Shown piece by piece: positions 1-13,447 of a stretch of 64,000 nt of DNA (positions are counted from its first letter, which is position 1; every line of letters starts with the position of its first letter). The stretch spans positions 27,900,001 to 27,964,000 of the forward strand of contig NC_092674.1 of the NCBI RefSeq assembly GCF_964355755.1, given 5' to 3'. The position numbers and the translations under genes are program-made. The DNA comes from Antedon mediterranea. Taxonomy: Eukaryota; Animalia; Echinodermata. The notes beneath the pieces were generated by a model. That model saw only the letters and a list, made by a program, of their open reading frames with translations, did no database searches and was not told the origin of the DNA.

Positions 1-3000
1 TCACTTTACAATACTGAATTCTTACACCTTTCCACCAAATCAATTTGACGAAGAACAAGTGAGCAATAATTAAAACTTGGTTCCAACTAGGCCTACAACG
101 TAACGAAAGACATAAGCGTAATATTTTTTGTAACTGTCTCTTGTATTTCTCTTACGTCCTAGTGAGAACCAAGCTTTAGCTTTATACTTATACCGTAACT
201 ATATATAATGTGGATGCATTTATATGACGAATTACATTCTCCTAAATACTCAGATGACAGCCGATGACGATGATAAAACGCAGCGCAATGACGTACGCGC
301 AACGCAAGTGACTTGACCAATCACAATTGGTCAAATTATACTTACGTTACACTATGTCCCTGTGTTGCACTACTTCCATGTGTTGCGAGTTGCGTCCTAG
401 TGGGAAAGCGACAACTAAAGGTTGATAATAGCGATGATAATTATTGATAACGTAATTAATTATTATTATTTATTTAATAATGATAATGTATTTTGTATTA
501 AAGATCAATAAATTAGCATGCATTGGTAACATGGCATACGTTGTAGCAACGATAATGAGTCAAGTACAGCCACTTCTGTTCGGTACAACTTCAGTGTTTC
601 CTTCACCAACCCACACATTTGAAAAGTTTCTCCAGGCTGTCGAAGCAGAGAGGTAAATAGTTCACAATTTCACCATACCCGCGGAATTCAACGATTTTGA
701 AATTTGAAATTGCGATAGTAATATAATCATACTATGATAATGATGAAGTTAAAGTGATGTATTTTGTGACACATTTATACTGGAGTTTCTTTTTTAGATG
801 TACCTTTGTCTATGTTATGATTGACGGTGTAGTTGATCTTTTGTATAGTCCTCTATGTGATAAGTACGACCTGTCTTCGTTGAAATCAGGTAACGTATTA
901 AAATGGTAGGCCTAATAGTAGAGTTAGGCCTATACAATTATTATCGATAAGAGAGAATTTCATAGTAATTTCTAAGTACCTGAAAGACGAAACACTGTTT
1001 TCTTTTTAATACAAGGTGTGACTGGAGGCTCGCCCATTCCATCAGTCATTTTTTTCGAATTGAACAAAAAGCTTGGGATTCGTTTGTTGGTAAGCAAGGA
1101 AATGATTGTTTGATTATTGTTAATATTTCGGCACATATGGCGTTTCGTATGTACAATATCAAAACGTCTATATTCCTCCATATCAGGGAACAATACTAAC
1201 AACACAAAAGAGATAAAAACTTATAAAAAAAATTTTGACATTGTGATAGTTTCTGATTTTGATTTTCTTTGTACCAGAATTTATACGGGTCTACAGAAAC
1301 CCTCTGTATCAGCTCTTTGACAGTCGATGACAGCCCAGATGTTTGGAATACATCAGGCCGTCCTTTACCAAATATTGAAGTATGTTCAACTTTATGATCG
1401 TTTTAACTTGTTTCATCCCATTCCGTTCTGTAATATAGACCTACACAAACAATTTTTCAAATCCTTTTTTAAAGATTCAAATAGTTGATGAAAAAGGATG
1501 TCCCGTAGAAGTGGGAGAAAAGGGAGAGATATGGGTACGAAGTCCGACTGCGTTCCGAGGGTACTATGGTGATATTGAGAAAACTAAACAGACGATCACT
1601 GAAAACGGATGGATTAAAATGGGGTACTATCACAACAATGATATTATTTAAAATTGGTGAATTGAATTGAATTGAATTGAAATTTATATTTATACTGGGT
1701 AACCTCTTCAGTCAAAGACTGGTCTCCCAGAGGGCCCAGTTGGTGATCAGTGGCTGTGATGTACTAATACACCGGGGTAACCCCCTACTCGTCTCGAAAG
1801 ATGTACTAGGTTCTTTAAAGTGCACACGAGCTAGATGTGTACACTGGACCTACGGTTTATAGTCCTTATCCGAGAAGACTCGTTCTACCACCAGAACCAT
1901 GGAGCGAGAATAACTTGCTAATTCAAGTAACATTTAGGGCCTAACCACATTTGTTTAAGTGGAAGTTAAGGTATTAATGTACCACCATTTATTTTCCAGA
2001 GATGTGGGTAAGGTAAATGCGGATGGCTACCTGACAATTGTTGGTCGAATTAAGGTAATTGAATTATACATATTTAACATTACAGTAATTTCAAACACTT
2101 TCGAATACCACAAACCTCCAGAAGCCCAGCACTCTTTCCAACTTTTGAGTCTAGTCGAGTTTAATTAACACCATTGAAATAACTATATTTTCAGAACATA
2201 ATTATCAGAAGAGGTGTAAATGTCCATCCATCAGAAGTGGAAAGTATAGTAACAACTCATCCAGCCGTAAACATTGCGCAGGTAATTGTATTAAATATTG
2301 TGGAAAACATTTTAAAGACAGAAGTTAACACTTGATATCATTTTTCTTCTAATCTCTCCAGGTTTTAGGAATCCCGGATTACAGGGTCGGTGAAGATGTG
2401 TGTGTATGTGTTACGTAAGTATCATTTTCTTTCAGGCAACCTAAAATGTATGTATACAATTCAAAGATGGTTGCTTTTTTTTAATTCAACAAAACATATA
2501 TTTTCAAAATAAAATGAATAAAACGGTACTGTTGTGTAATAAATTCTTTCATTGAAAGGAATAAACATTTTTAATTTCAGATTAAATGAAGGTTACGATG
2601 TCACTGAAGAAGAACTGAAAACCTTCTTTGTAGGAAAGGTATTAGACAACAAAATGTTGTTATGAGTTAGGATAATAAAAATAAACTGCAATAAATGCAT
2701 GCTTGTGATTGAATATTTATAAACATTAGTAGCAAGCTAATTTTTAAATGAATATCTCTTCTTTGTGGCTCTCACCAAGCAGTCTAATATTTTCTATATG
2801 AGACTAATTGCCAATTATGACAAAATAAAGTTGACTGGCTGTCAACGAGAATGCTCTTTTTTGGAAGCGGTGGGGGCGTTGTGCGCGGGGCAGTAACAAA
2901 TGGTGGCATGTATTATCATCAACCGGGGCAATTACTTAAATCATTATGAATTACTAGGTGGCTTGCAATAGTCAGTTCTACTCTATTTAATGACGTTGCA

Positions 3001-3498
3001 GAATCACTAATTTATTTCTTGAAACTGCAATTTCCCCCTTTTTTTCAGATGTCGGATGACATCCAGCCGTCTTACTTTCTTATTTTTGACTCGTTTCAAT
3101 CTGGTGCTTCGGGAAAGGTACTTTGTTTTTGTATTTTCATTGCTATAAAAAATATTACGGCTAAACAATAATGTGTTTTTCTTTTATCTCTCCATTCATG
3201 AAACATAATTATTGCAGTACAAAAGTGCAGTAACTGTAGTAGAAGCTGTCGTTATGGTCTCTAAAGTGTAGAACGTATGCAAAAAGTCTAACTCTAGTAA
3301 TACTCCGTTCCACATACAAAACTTAGGAATACTTTTTTTAATGCATCAGGTTGTCTATAGATGATGGCTAGATGGTTATTAAAATCATGTTCGCAATTTC
3401 GTAATTATCATTTACAGGTGGATCGTACGAAGCTGCAAGAGATGGCTATTAGTAGAATTGAATTACCGGAAACTCCTTATGCTGAATTGTACAACTAA
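1..3498 (+). CDS. ACSF2-like acyl-CoA synthetase, tandem copy A (3' part; gene starts before the window)
   Basis: GT-AG exons <1-58, 504-652, 798-889, 1016-1089, 1278-1379, 1475-1623, 2000-2054, 2195-2281, 2362-2414, 2581-2638, 3049-3117, 3418-3498 splice in frame. ANL motifs YGSTE, GEIWVRS, GWIKMGD, GRIK, SGK; ends ...PETPYAELYN*. Confidence 0.9.
73..175. mobile_element. Harbinger/Tourist-like MITE family 2 (TIR AGCTTGGTTCCCACTAG)
   Basis: Inverted ends acttggttccaactag...ctagtgagaaccaagct in TAA/TTA context. Orthologous copy at ~7693-7825 and another at ~35396-35574. Confidence 0.6.
1665..1920 (-). mobile_element. 5'-truncated tRNA-derived SINE with (AATTC)n tail
   Basis: Shares its body (ggtggtagaac...gataaggac...tttaaagaacc...agtagggggtta) with the + strand copy at 9634-9850 and its 3' end with 32053-32110. 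Absent from the equivalent intron of copy B. Confidence 0.7.
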
Positions 3499-3752
3499 TT
3501 CCATTCATGAAAATATAATCTTTTATCTTTTACCTTATGCAATTATTCGTACTATTTCATTCATAAAATATTCATTATCTGTATAATATTCAACACTTGG
3601 ACTATCTGCACTTAGTGGATGAAATAGTTTACCAATATGTAGTATTGTCAGGGATTGTCAGCCTTACGTCAGTCAAAATGAAGATAATATCACAATGCTT
3701 AGCATGGAATAGAATTAATAATTTAACATTTAGGAGCTGCTTGTGCGTTTAT

Positions 3753-4465
3753 ATGATTACTGTCACGTGTTGATATCTTGATACTTTGATTGGTATACAT
3801 GATTTCTACAAATTACTTCTGTATTATGATTACTGTCACGTGTTGATATCTTGATACTTTGATTGGTATACATGATTTCATCAAATTACTTCTGTATTAT
3901 GATTACTGTCACGTGTTGATATCTTGATACTTTGATTGGTATACATGATTTCATCAAATTACTTCTGTATTATGATTACTGTCACGTGTTGATATCTTGA
4001 TACTTTGATTGGTATACATGATTTCATCAAATTACTTCTGTATTATGATTACTGTCACGTGTTGATATCTTGATACTTTGATTGGTATACATGATTTCAT
4101 CAAATTACTTCTGTATTATGATTACTGTCACGTGTTGATATCTTGATACTTTGATTGGTATACATGATTTCATCAAATTACTTCTGTATTATGATTACTG
4201 TCACGTGTTGATGTCTTGATACTTTGATTGGTATACATAATTTCATCAATTTACTTCTGTATTATGATTACTGTCACGTGTTGATATCTTGATACTTTGA
4301 TTGGTATACATGATTTCATCAATTTACTTCTGTTTTATGATTACTGTCACGTGTTGATATCTTGATACTTTGATTGGTATACATGATTTCATCAAATTAC
4401 TTCTGTATTATGATTACTGTCACGTGTTGATGTGTTGATACTTTGATTGGTATACATGATTTCAT
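3753..4465. repeat. 73-bp minisatellite, about 9.8 near-identical copies
   Basis: Unit atgattactgtcacgtgttgatatcttgatactttgattggtatacatgatttcatcaaattacttctgtatt starts at 3753, 3826, 3899, 3972 and so on. Confidence 0.97.
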
Positions 4466-4818
4466 ATAACTACCATATGTGGACATATCACTACAATATT
4501 TGGGCACACTTGTTTTGTCAAACTACTTTGATAGTGTAGACAAAGCTTTATAGTAAAGGGATTAAACTTCCGGATTTACTGAATTTTAAAAAGTCTAAAA
4601 GAGGGTTGGACTTTTTCATTAAAATTGTACGTTTTATCTATTAAATTATATAGTTTATGCAACATTTTCATCTATAAAGATCATTGGCATTATTTCAATT
4701 TATGGCAACCTTCGCATAATTATGTTGGTAGTCCAATTCTATGTTATCACGATCGTATACATTTAGTGCTTGCTTATTTCATTCACTGTAAAAATCGATA
4801 CATTCAAGAATGTTTAAA

Positions 4819-7800
4819 ATGGCCTTGTCGCAAAATAAGAGCTACGTCCATGCCCCCAGTCTGAAGCCATTTATTGGGCTGACGATGCACGAGATGCTGG
4901 AAGAGAGAGTGAAGAAAAATCCGGACAGAGAAATGTTTATTTTTCTCAGCGACAATGAACGAGTTACATTTGCTGAATTTAAGAAAAGGGTGAGTATGAC
5001 TTTTTAACATACTGTAAATATGTTAGTTAACATGGTAATTGACTATACGTAGGCCTCTGTTGTACGGTGACGTAGTCATACCAAAAAGGATGCGTTATTG
5101 AAAGCATTTGAACAAGTAGTAACATTATGTTAGATCTTGTGTATCCGACCGAGCCAACTCCTTGGTCAGAAAATTTAGTATGTGTTCTATCAATGTAAAA
5201 TGTGTTTTATTTAAGACATATTGTGTAAACATGAATTGTGCTACATTATATGGTGCAACTATAATCAGGGTACCTTGCGATCTCTTCAGATATACTCCAA
5301 TAATTGACAATGATTGCAATTTTTATTCTGTTTTATATAAATTCTATGTTACTGGGTTGTTAAATGTTTATCCTTGTTAATGTTATTTTGCCACCAGCAC
5401 TATCAGGAGAGTCTTTTATAGCGATATTTTTTGCTTTTTGACAATCCGCCAGGATAGTGTTCTGCGCTTTTTCTCTGCTTGTTGTTGTTCTATGTAATAT
5501 ATGCTTTTTGTATTGTTTTTGTATTATTTTTCTGGATAATAAATGAATATGAATATGAATAATGGTTTAAGAATGTTGCTACAAAGGCCTCGACATTGCC
5601 ATGTTTACGGAATGTAGAATTCCTTCTATTTTATGAATTGTTTAGAAAATCAAAATATGACCTGATGGGTAGACTAAATGCAAGCGAAAATGTTTTAGTC
5701 TCAACGATTATAAAAAATGTCTTAGTTAAGTTGAAGATGCTCTCCATGTGGAATGTCATCCTGAGATGAGTAGTAGTAATTAGTCTTGTTTATTTTATTT
5801 CATTTATATGTAATTTTTGTTTTACTTTCTATGGACCAGAGATTCCAAAATAAAAGATTGAATGAATTATAGTAGGCATACATGTTTTTCTTAAAATATA
5901 TATTGTCATGAAACATGAAAAAGATTAAAATCAGATATTGAATCGGCCATTATGTAGTTAATCACTTCCGAAGAAACAAAACCCGAAAAACAATTGTTAA
6001 AACAGTTAAATTCAACAAAATAGGCTACATACTGGAAGCTGGAAGCCAATTTGACTATTGTTTGCTTTAAATAAGAATGTATTTTCCTGGGAAATTAAAT
6101 TAACCGTTTATTTTGTCATTTTATAAGTGAAACATCATTTTTTTTTTATACGGAAGTGATTAACTTAAAACTACAAAATAATAATATTGATTAAAAGTCT
6201 GATTTAATTAATCTTTATTTGTCATGTTTTGGAGAGATAACATATTTAAATTACAGTTGTGGATTAGTTGGATTAGACACTAATACTATATGTTGTTGTG
6301 GATTATGTATTGGATTAGACACTAATACTATATGTTGTTTTAAGACGTCTGTCTTATTTTGTGGAAAGAAATTTTGCTTTTTTCTTTTTTTTTTCAGGTA
6401 GTAGACTTAGCAGCCGGGTTTCTACTCAAGCTTGGTCTTCGTCGTGGTGATCGTATAGCTGTTATAGGTGCTAACCACGTAGAATGGCCCCTTATAACGG
6501 CTGCAGCGAGAGCAATAGGTGTCGGTGTGGTAGGTGCCAAGTGCCATGTCATACCAAACTAAAGTTAACCTTACTGTGTAAAGTAATTATGCCCATTTTG
6601 AAATGTTTACTCGTAACAATGCTAACGTAGCAACATTAACTTGTTTCAGGCTAACCTGCTTCTTGGACATACTCCTCAAACATTTATGAACATAATATCA
6701 CGGGTATGTTATGTTGAATTAATGCACTTCGTATTATATAGTATTAAGAGGAATTCAAAGGCTCTCGCACCCTATGTTTCTTTAGGTTGAGTACTGTTTT
6801 GATGTTGGTCAACTCCCACCCCTTCATAAATTGCCAATAATGTTCCAACATGTTATTCACAGGTTTCGTGCAAAGCGTTGTTCATAACTCGTAGCCCGGA
6901 CACACTTTACTCAATGGCTTGTGAAATGATTCCAGAGTTAAGTGAAAGTATTCCAGGTGACCTGAATTCAAAACAGTGAGTAATGCGACAATTTAAATAA
7001 TTACTATACGTAGGCTAGCTAGCTTTACCTTACTTACAGTAAGTATTGGACAATTCAAATAGTTTGTTTAGATGCATTCATGCATATGTAGGCTATCCTA
7101 ACATGGCTAATGTTTCCAAATCCTTCTCTTTAAATTATTCATGACCTAAAAATTTACTGTTTATTATAATCGTAGTTTCCCTGATTTAAAGAAGGTCGTA
7201 GGCGCTGGTTCAAACTGTAAAAGGTAAGAACATATAATTGTACAACACAAAAACTTATTAGATGTGTTTGCTAGGAACCCCGGGCAAAAACTGATGTTTT
7301 CTTTTTGGTTCTTGTTACATACTGTATTTGAATCTTTCTTTTCAGTGGAATGTTGAATTTCGATGAAATATCTATTTCTGGATGTGAGGAAGAAGTAGCA
7401 AAAGTGGCCAAGAAAGTGACAATTGATGACATTAGCCATTTTAATATGACATCGGTAAAACATATTACATTTATTCCTATAGATGTTATATATCTTAACA
7501 TAGTTGTACTTTTTATGTCATGGTAATATAATAGGCTGTTATGGCATCTAGGTGCGTATAATATGTTTTTAATCTTATTCCGCAGGGCTCAACTGGAACC
7601 CCGAAATTGGCACCTTATACTCACTTTACAATGCTGAATTCTTACACCTTTCCACCAAATCATTTTGACGAAGAACAAGTGAGCAATGTTTAAAACTTGG
7701 TTCCCACTAGGCCTACAACGTAACGAATGACATAATCGCAACGCAAGTAATTTTACCAATCACAAGTAATATATTGTTGTAACTGTCGCTTGTATTTCTC

Positions 7801-10800
7801 TTACGTCCTAGTGGGAACCAAGCTTTAGCTTTATACCTATACCGTAACTATATAATGTGGATGCATTTATATGACGAATTACATTTTCCTAAGTACTCGG
7901 ATGACAGCCGATGACGATGAAAACGCAGCGCAATGACGTACGCGCAACGCAAGTGAGTTGACAATTCGTAAGATCCATCGCGGTCGGTGTGATTTGTCAA
8001 ATTATTACGTTACACTACGTCCCTGTGTTGCGTCCTAGTGGGAAAGCGACAACTAAAGGTTGATAATAACGATGATAATTATTAATAACGTAATTAATTA
8101 TTATTATTTATTTAATAATGATAATGAATTTTGTACTAAAGATCAATAAATTAGCATGCATTGGTAACATGGCATATGTTGCAGCAACGCAAATGAGTCA
8201 AGTACAGCCACTCTTATACGGTACAACTTCAGTGTTTCCTTCACCAACCTATACATTTGAAAAGTTTCTTCAGGCTGTCGAAGCCGAGAGGTAAATATTT
8301 CACAAGTCTGGTGGAATTCAACAATTTTGAAATTTTTTATTTCGAGAGTAGGCCTACTATAATCGTACTATGAGGATAATAAGTTAAAAATGACGTTAAA
8401 ATGACATATTTGGTGACAAATTTATACTGGATTTATTTATGACGAGTCTAAATTTCTTTTTAGATGTACCTTTTTCCTTTTGATGATTGATGGTGTAGTC
8501 GATCTTGCGTATAATCCTATTTGTGATAAGTACGACCTGTCTTCATTAAAATCAGGTGACGTATGACAGTGGTTAGGACCTGTACATTTAGTATCAATAA
8601 GAGAGAATGTCATAGGCCAAGTAGAGTATACGACGAAACTTTCTTTTCTTTTTTCAAAAAGGAGTGACTGGTGGTTCGCCTATTCCATCAGATGTTATTT
8701 TCGAATTGAACAAAAAGCTTGGAGTTCATTTGTTGGTAAGCAAGGAAATGTTAATTATGTGATAAATATTTCGGCACATATGGCGTTTCATATGTATAAT
8801 ATCAAAACGTCTATACAGTATAAGAACGGAATATTAACAACGTAAAACCAACAAAAAGGAGAGGCTTATAAAGTCTACAAACCATCTGCGTATGCTTACA
8901 GAAGATTTGATGATGTGATAGTTTCGGTTTTGTTTTCTTTGTAACATACAGAATGTTTACGGATGTACAGAAACCCTCTGTGTCAGCTGTTTGACAGTCA
9001 ATGACAGTCCAGATGTTTGGAATACGTCAGGCCGCCCTTTTCCCAATGTTGAAGTAAGTTCAACTCTAAGGCAAATTTACACAGACGAGCGGTAACAGTA
9101 ATACAAACATAGAAATCTATGTTATTCCTTATGACCATTTAACACAACGCGGAGCGGATAGGCGGTTTCCGCTCACAGGATATAACTACGCGGAACAATC
9201 ATTATTTCAAACCCTTTTTCAGATTCAAATAGTTGATGAAGAAGGATGTCCCGTAGAAGTTGGAGAAAAGGGAGAGATATTTGTACGAAGTCCGACTGCG
9301 TTCAGAGGTTACTGTGGTGATATTGAGAAAACAAAACAGATGATCACTGAAAATGGATGGATAAAAATGGGGTACTATCACAACAAATGAAGTTATTTAA
9401 AATGTGTTAATAATGCTAATTAAAGTCACATGTAAACACATTTGTTTAAATGAAAGTAAATTTATAAATGTACCACCTTTTTTCCCAGAGATGTGGGTAA
9501 GTTAAATGCGGATGGCTACCTGACAATTGTTGGTCGAATTAAGGTAATTTAATTATAAATCTTGAATATACAGTAATTCCAAACACGAATACCACACCCC
9601 CCAGCACCCCAGCATTATTTCCAACTTTTGAGTCGAGACGAGTGGCCTACCGGTTAAGGCAGGAGCGCCGCAAACCATAGCTATACAATCAAGTTTAAGT
9701 TACTCCTCGACCATTGTTTTGGTGGTAGAACAAGTCTTATAAGGACCTAAAACTGGAGGGCAGTGTACATATCTGGTTAGTGTGTACTTTAAAGAACCCA
9801 GTTACTTTTTCGGAAGAGTAGGGGGTTATCCCGGTGTACTAGTCCATTAAGTCCCTTTCGTTGTGGATAGACGAACGGGCGCCGTTTGGTAGCAGTACTC
9901 GACACGAAGTGACTCTTATGTCAGAAGGTGGTTATTGTACGGTCGTCAACTTGGTGCGCAATTCAGCTCAGTTATGCTGCACAGGTTATTCTCCCACATA
10001 TTATATAAAACGCAATATCGAAAAATTGTTCATTCCATTAACATAGATCATTGATTAAAATTGATAAGCTTGGTAAATTCAATATTTTTCTTGATCTGAA
10101 TTAACCCCATTGAAATAACTATGTTTTCTTAGGACATCATTATCAGAAGAGGTGTCAATGTACATCCTTCAGAAGTGGAAAGTATAGTAACAACTCATCC
10201 AGCCGTAAAAAGTGCGCAGGTAAGTGTATTAAATATTGTGGAAAATATTTTACAGACAGAAGTTAATACTTGATATCATATTTCTTCTAATCTCTCCAGG
10301 TTTTAGGAATCCCGGATTACAGGGTCGGTGAAGATGTGTGTGTATGTGTAACGTAGGTATTATTTTCTTTTCAGGCAAACTATAATTCGTGTATACAATA
10401 TTCAAAGATTGTTGCTATATTTAATTTTGTTTTAAATATTTATTTTCATGTAACAAATTAAATACCCGTTTAACATAAATTATCAATTCTTTTATTAAAA
10501 AGAATAATCATTTTATAAATTTAGATTAAATGAAGGTTACGATGTCACTGAAGAAGAACTGAAAACTTTCTTTGAAGGAAAGGTATTAGACAACAAAATG
10601 TTATTATAAAAATAAACAAAGAAAATGCATTACTTGTGATTTATAAATAGTAGTAACAAACTAAGATTTGAATGAACATCTCTTGTTTGTGGCTCTCACC
10701 AATATTGTTTAATATGAGACTAATTGCCAATTTAGAAAATATTAGGTTGACTGGTTGTCAATGAGAGCAGTAGGCCTAACAAGGTAGCATGTATATCACC

Positions 10801-11541
10801 ATCCGGGGCATTAACTTAAATCATTATGAATTACTAGATGACTTGCGATAGTCAGTTCGACCCTATGTAATGACAGTTGCAGAATTAGGTGCACTATTGA
10901 TAGAAAATTTCTTAAACTGTAATTTCCCTTTTTTTTTTCAGATGTCAGATTACATCCAGCCGACCTACTTTCTCATTTTTGCCTCGTTTCAATCTGGTGC
11001 TTCGGGAAAGGTACTGTTAATATTTGTTTTGTTTATTTATTGCTATAAAAATATTACAGTAATATTTTTTTACTGTTTAAACTGTTAATTTATGGAGCAT
11101 AATTACTGCACTAGAAACAGTCGATATGCTCTCATATATTTTTACCCTCGATGAACCATATTCAATTCAGTTGAGATCCATATCTGTTATGGCATGTTAC
11201 TCTCATTTGGAATTGCTCTTTTTCGGTTTATTTATTCCATGGATTTACTTTTATTTTTTATGTGAAGCGCATGGAGCGTTATGCATTATACGCTTTAAAG
11301 ACAGAATAAAGACTCCTCGTTTTCTAATACTCCTTTCCAGATAAAATACGTAAAAATATTCATTTTGTTTAATGCATGGAGGAAGTTTTCAACCAACTTA
11401 GATTGTCTAAAGATTCTGGCTTAATACTTATTCAAATCACATACGCAATTTCGTAATTTTCGTTTACAGGTAAATCGTACGAAGTTGCGAGAGATGGCTA
11501 TTGGTAGAATTGAATTACCGGAAACTCCTTATGCTGAATAA
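4819..11541 (+). CDS. ACSF2-like acyl-CoA synthetase, tandem copy B (intact, 18 exons, about 559 aa)
   Basis: Exons 4819-4989, 6398-6529, 6650-6703, 6863-6975, 7176-7223, 7346-7454, 7586-7678, 8142-8290, 8464-8555, 8662-8735, 8952-9053, 9223-9371, 9489-9543, 10133-10219, 10300-10352, 10525-10582, 10942-11010, 11470-11541 (1680 nt). MALSQNKSYVH...GLRRGDR...MTSGSTGTPK...YGCTE...GRIKD...SGK; colinear with ACSF2 but without an N-terminal transit peptide. Confidence 0.92.
5720..5868 (+). repeat. Dispersed LINE-tail-like fragment ending in (GAAT)n
   Basis: Near-identical to ~14196-14355; has aataaa followed by gaat repeats. Confidence 0.55.
9634..9850 (+). mobile_element. tRNA-derived SINE (same family as 1665-1920)
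   Basis: A-box-like head tggcctaccggttaagg followed by the shared body. The empty site is visible in copy A at ~2150. Confidence 0.65.
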
Positions 11542-12683
11542 TGCCTACCTCATTAAATCAAGCCTATCTTGTTGCATGCTATTTTTAGGATAATGGTATT
11601 TATATAATATATATAAAGTTGAATGGTTTTGATCGATCTTTAGGCAGCACAAATAACCAGGGAAGAGTTCCCTGGAATAACGTCACCAAATGAAGAAACC
11701 ATATGCGTCTTCCACGTTAATGTATTAATCATTTAAGGAACAACTAGGCCAGGCATTTACAATATCAATAAAACCATTACAATATCGCAGCCTGTCATAT
11801 TAAAAACCAAATTATTGCACCGCCCACACGGTAAAATACATTAATTAATAGTATATAGATTAAAGTAACGTTTAGCTTCAGTAGTTTTCCGGGAATATAT
11901 AGTTCAAATATATCAATTGAACATTTTACTAATAATATAAGTCTTTAGATTTTTATGAAATTATAAATAATGGTTCCATAACATAGTATAACATAGTATT
12001 GCTGTTTTTGCTTGAAAATAGATCAATTAGACTGCGCAAACGTTTTACACATGTGTATGTGTTGACAACGATCTACAATATTAAAAAAATATTAATATTA
12101 ATAAAATAATTATATAATGATTCGAAACTTTCTATAAGGGACATTGTTTAGAACGTGTGTGTGTTTTATTGACAGCTCTGCAGCGTTTGCGGGTTGGATT
12201 ATTGTTTGATGATAATGATAATAAAAAGTTAACAATAATTGTGTAACTTCACTCTTACCACACACCTATCAATATAAACCCAATAGTACCGTACTGAAGC
12301 AAAAGTGAAATGAACTTAGCATTTGTATTTTGTATAACTACTATGTGTCATTAAATATATCTTTTTTTTCTTTTCTTTTTTTCTCTCTGGGTTAGGGTTA
12401 GGGTTAGTTCAAGTTTTTTACTTCTAATCATGACCCCAATTATGGCATTCCTTTCTCTTATTATTTATTCTTTTTACTGTTTTTTATTCATGTATTATTT
12501 GTCTTAGCATTATTGAATAAATGTTATTATTGAATATTATATATGTTAGCATGTGTCAGAAGCTATTTTGACTCAATTGTTGATAACCGTATTTTAGATC
12601 CTTTTTTTTTCTTTTTGAAACACGTGTTCGTGCTTATTTAGTTCGCTGTCCGAAATCTAAACATTACAATGATAAAGTGTTTA

Positions 12684-12737
12684 ATGACCTTGTCGTGAAA
12701 TAAGAGCTTATGTCCATACCCCCAATCTTAAGCCCTT
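12684..12737 (+). pseudogene. Relic of ACSF2-like exon 1 (5' fragment)
   Basis: atgaccttgtcgTGAaataagagcttatgtccatacccccaatcttaagccctt matches the exon 1 start of copies B and D, with a stop codon and a 1-nt insertion. Confidence 0.75.
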
Positions 12738-12785
12738 GTTCACACAGATGGATAACGATAGCAAAATCGGCCCCTTGGCTTTCAC

Positions 12786-12818
12786 CAGGGAGTTGTTATT
12801 AGCTAATACAACTCCCTG
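12786..12818. mobile_element. P-element-like micro-palindrome/excision footprint with 7-bp TSD
   Basis: ctttcac-CAGGGAGTTGTTATTAGCTAATACAACTCCCTG-ctttcac. Confidence 0.7.
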
Positions 12819-13079
12819 CTTTCACATTTCTACTTATGATCGGATGTAAAATTGTTTATTGGTCATATCCTGTCGATATCGTGAATTTCTAAATTTTTTA
12901 AAAAGCTTTAAGATTTATGATTTCTGGGTTATAGGCCTATACTTCCTGGTAAAATACTGGACTCATGGTTATTAAATTAACATGTTTTTTTTATGGTGAT
13001 AGGTTATATATAAAAAGTGCTTTGCTTCTTTTCACTCTCATTGTACAAATCGTCAGATTAGTAAAAAGTTAAGATCTAG

Positions 13080-13430
13080 TTACTTGAATCTTACTTGAAT
13101 CTTACTTGAATCTTCGGGCTCTTGATTAAGGCAAATGCCTTTTAAACGCCCTCCATTTGGTAGCAAAATTTATCTCCCATTGCTCTGTCTTTGTTTAGTT
13201 GATCCTTGAATGGATTTATGTTTTCTGCTTGTACTGTAGTGTGGTATAGATTGTTCCATGTGTTGACGATTCTACATGAAAAGGAGTGGCTTCTGATTTT
13301 CAGTCGGGCTCTTGGCTTTCTTAATTTGAATTGATGGCCCCTTGTTCTACTGTCCTCTCTAAAGTAAAAAAAAGGTTTCGGCTTCAATATCATCCAAGCC
13401 CTTGATAATTTTAAACACTTGTATAATGTG
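13080..13430 (-). mobile_element. CR1-clade LINE 3' fragment
   Basis: ORF 13142-13393(-) contains TRGHQFKL...RSHSFSCRIVNTWNNL, typical of the CR1 ORF2 C-terminus. Tail (GATTCAAGTAA)x3 at 13080-13113. Confidence 0.85.
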
Positions 13431-13447
13431 TGTCTAATAAAGTTAGA

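Noticed and set aside
3753-4465. CRISPR-like array
   Set aside because: Units are contiguous and near-identical with no unique spacers, there are no cas genes, and the context is eukaryotic.
12389-12407. Interstitial telomere (TTAGGG)n
   Set aside because: Only about three units; too short to interpret.
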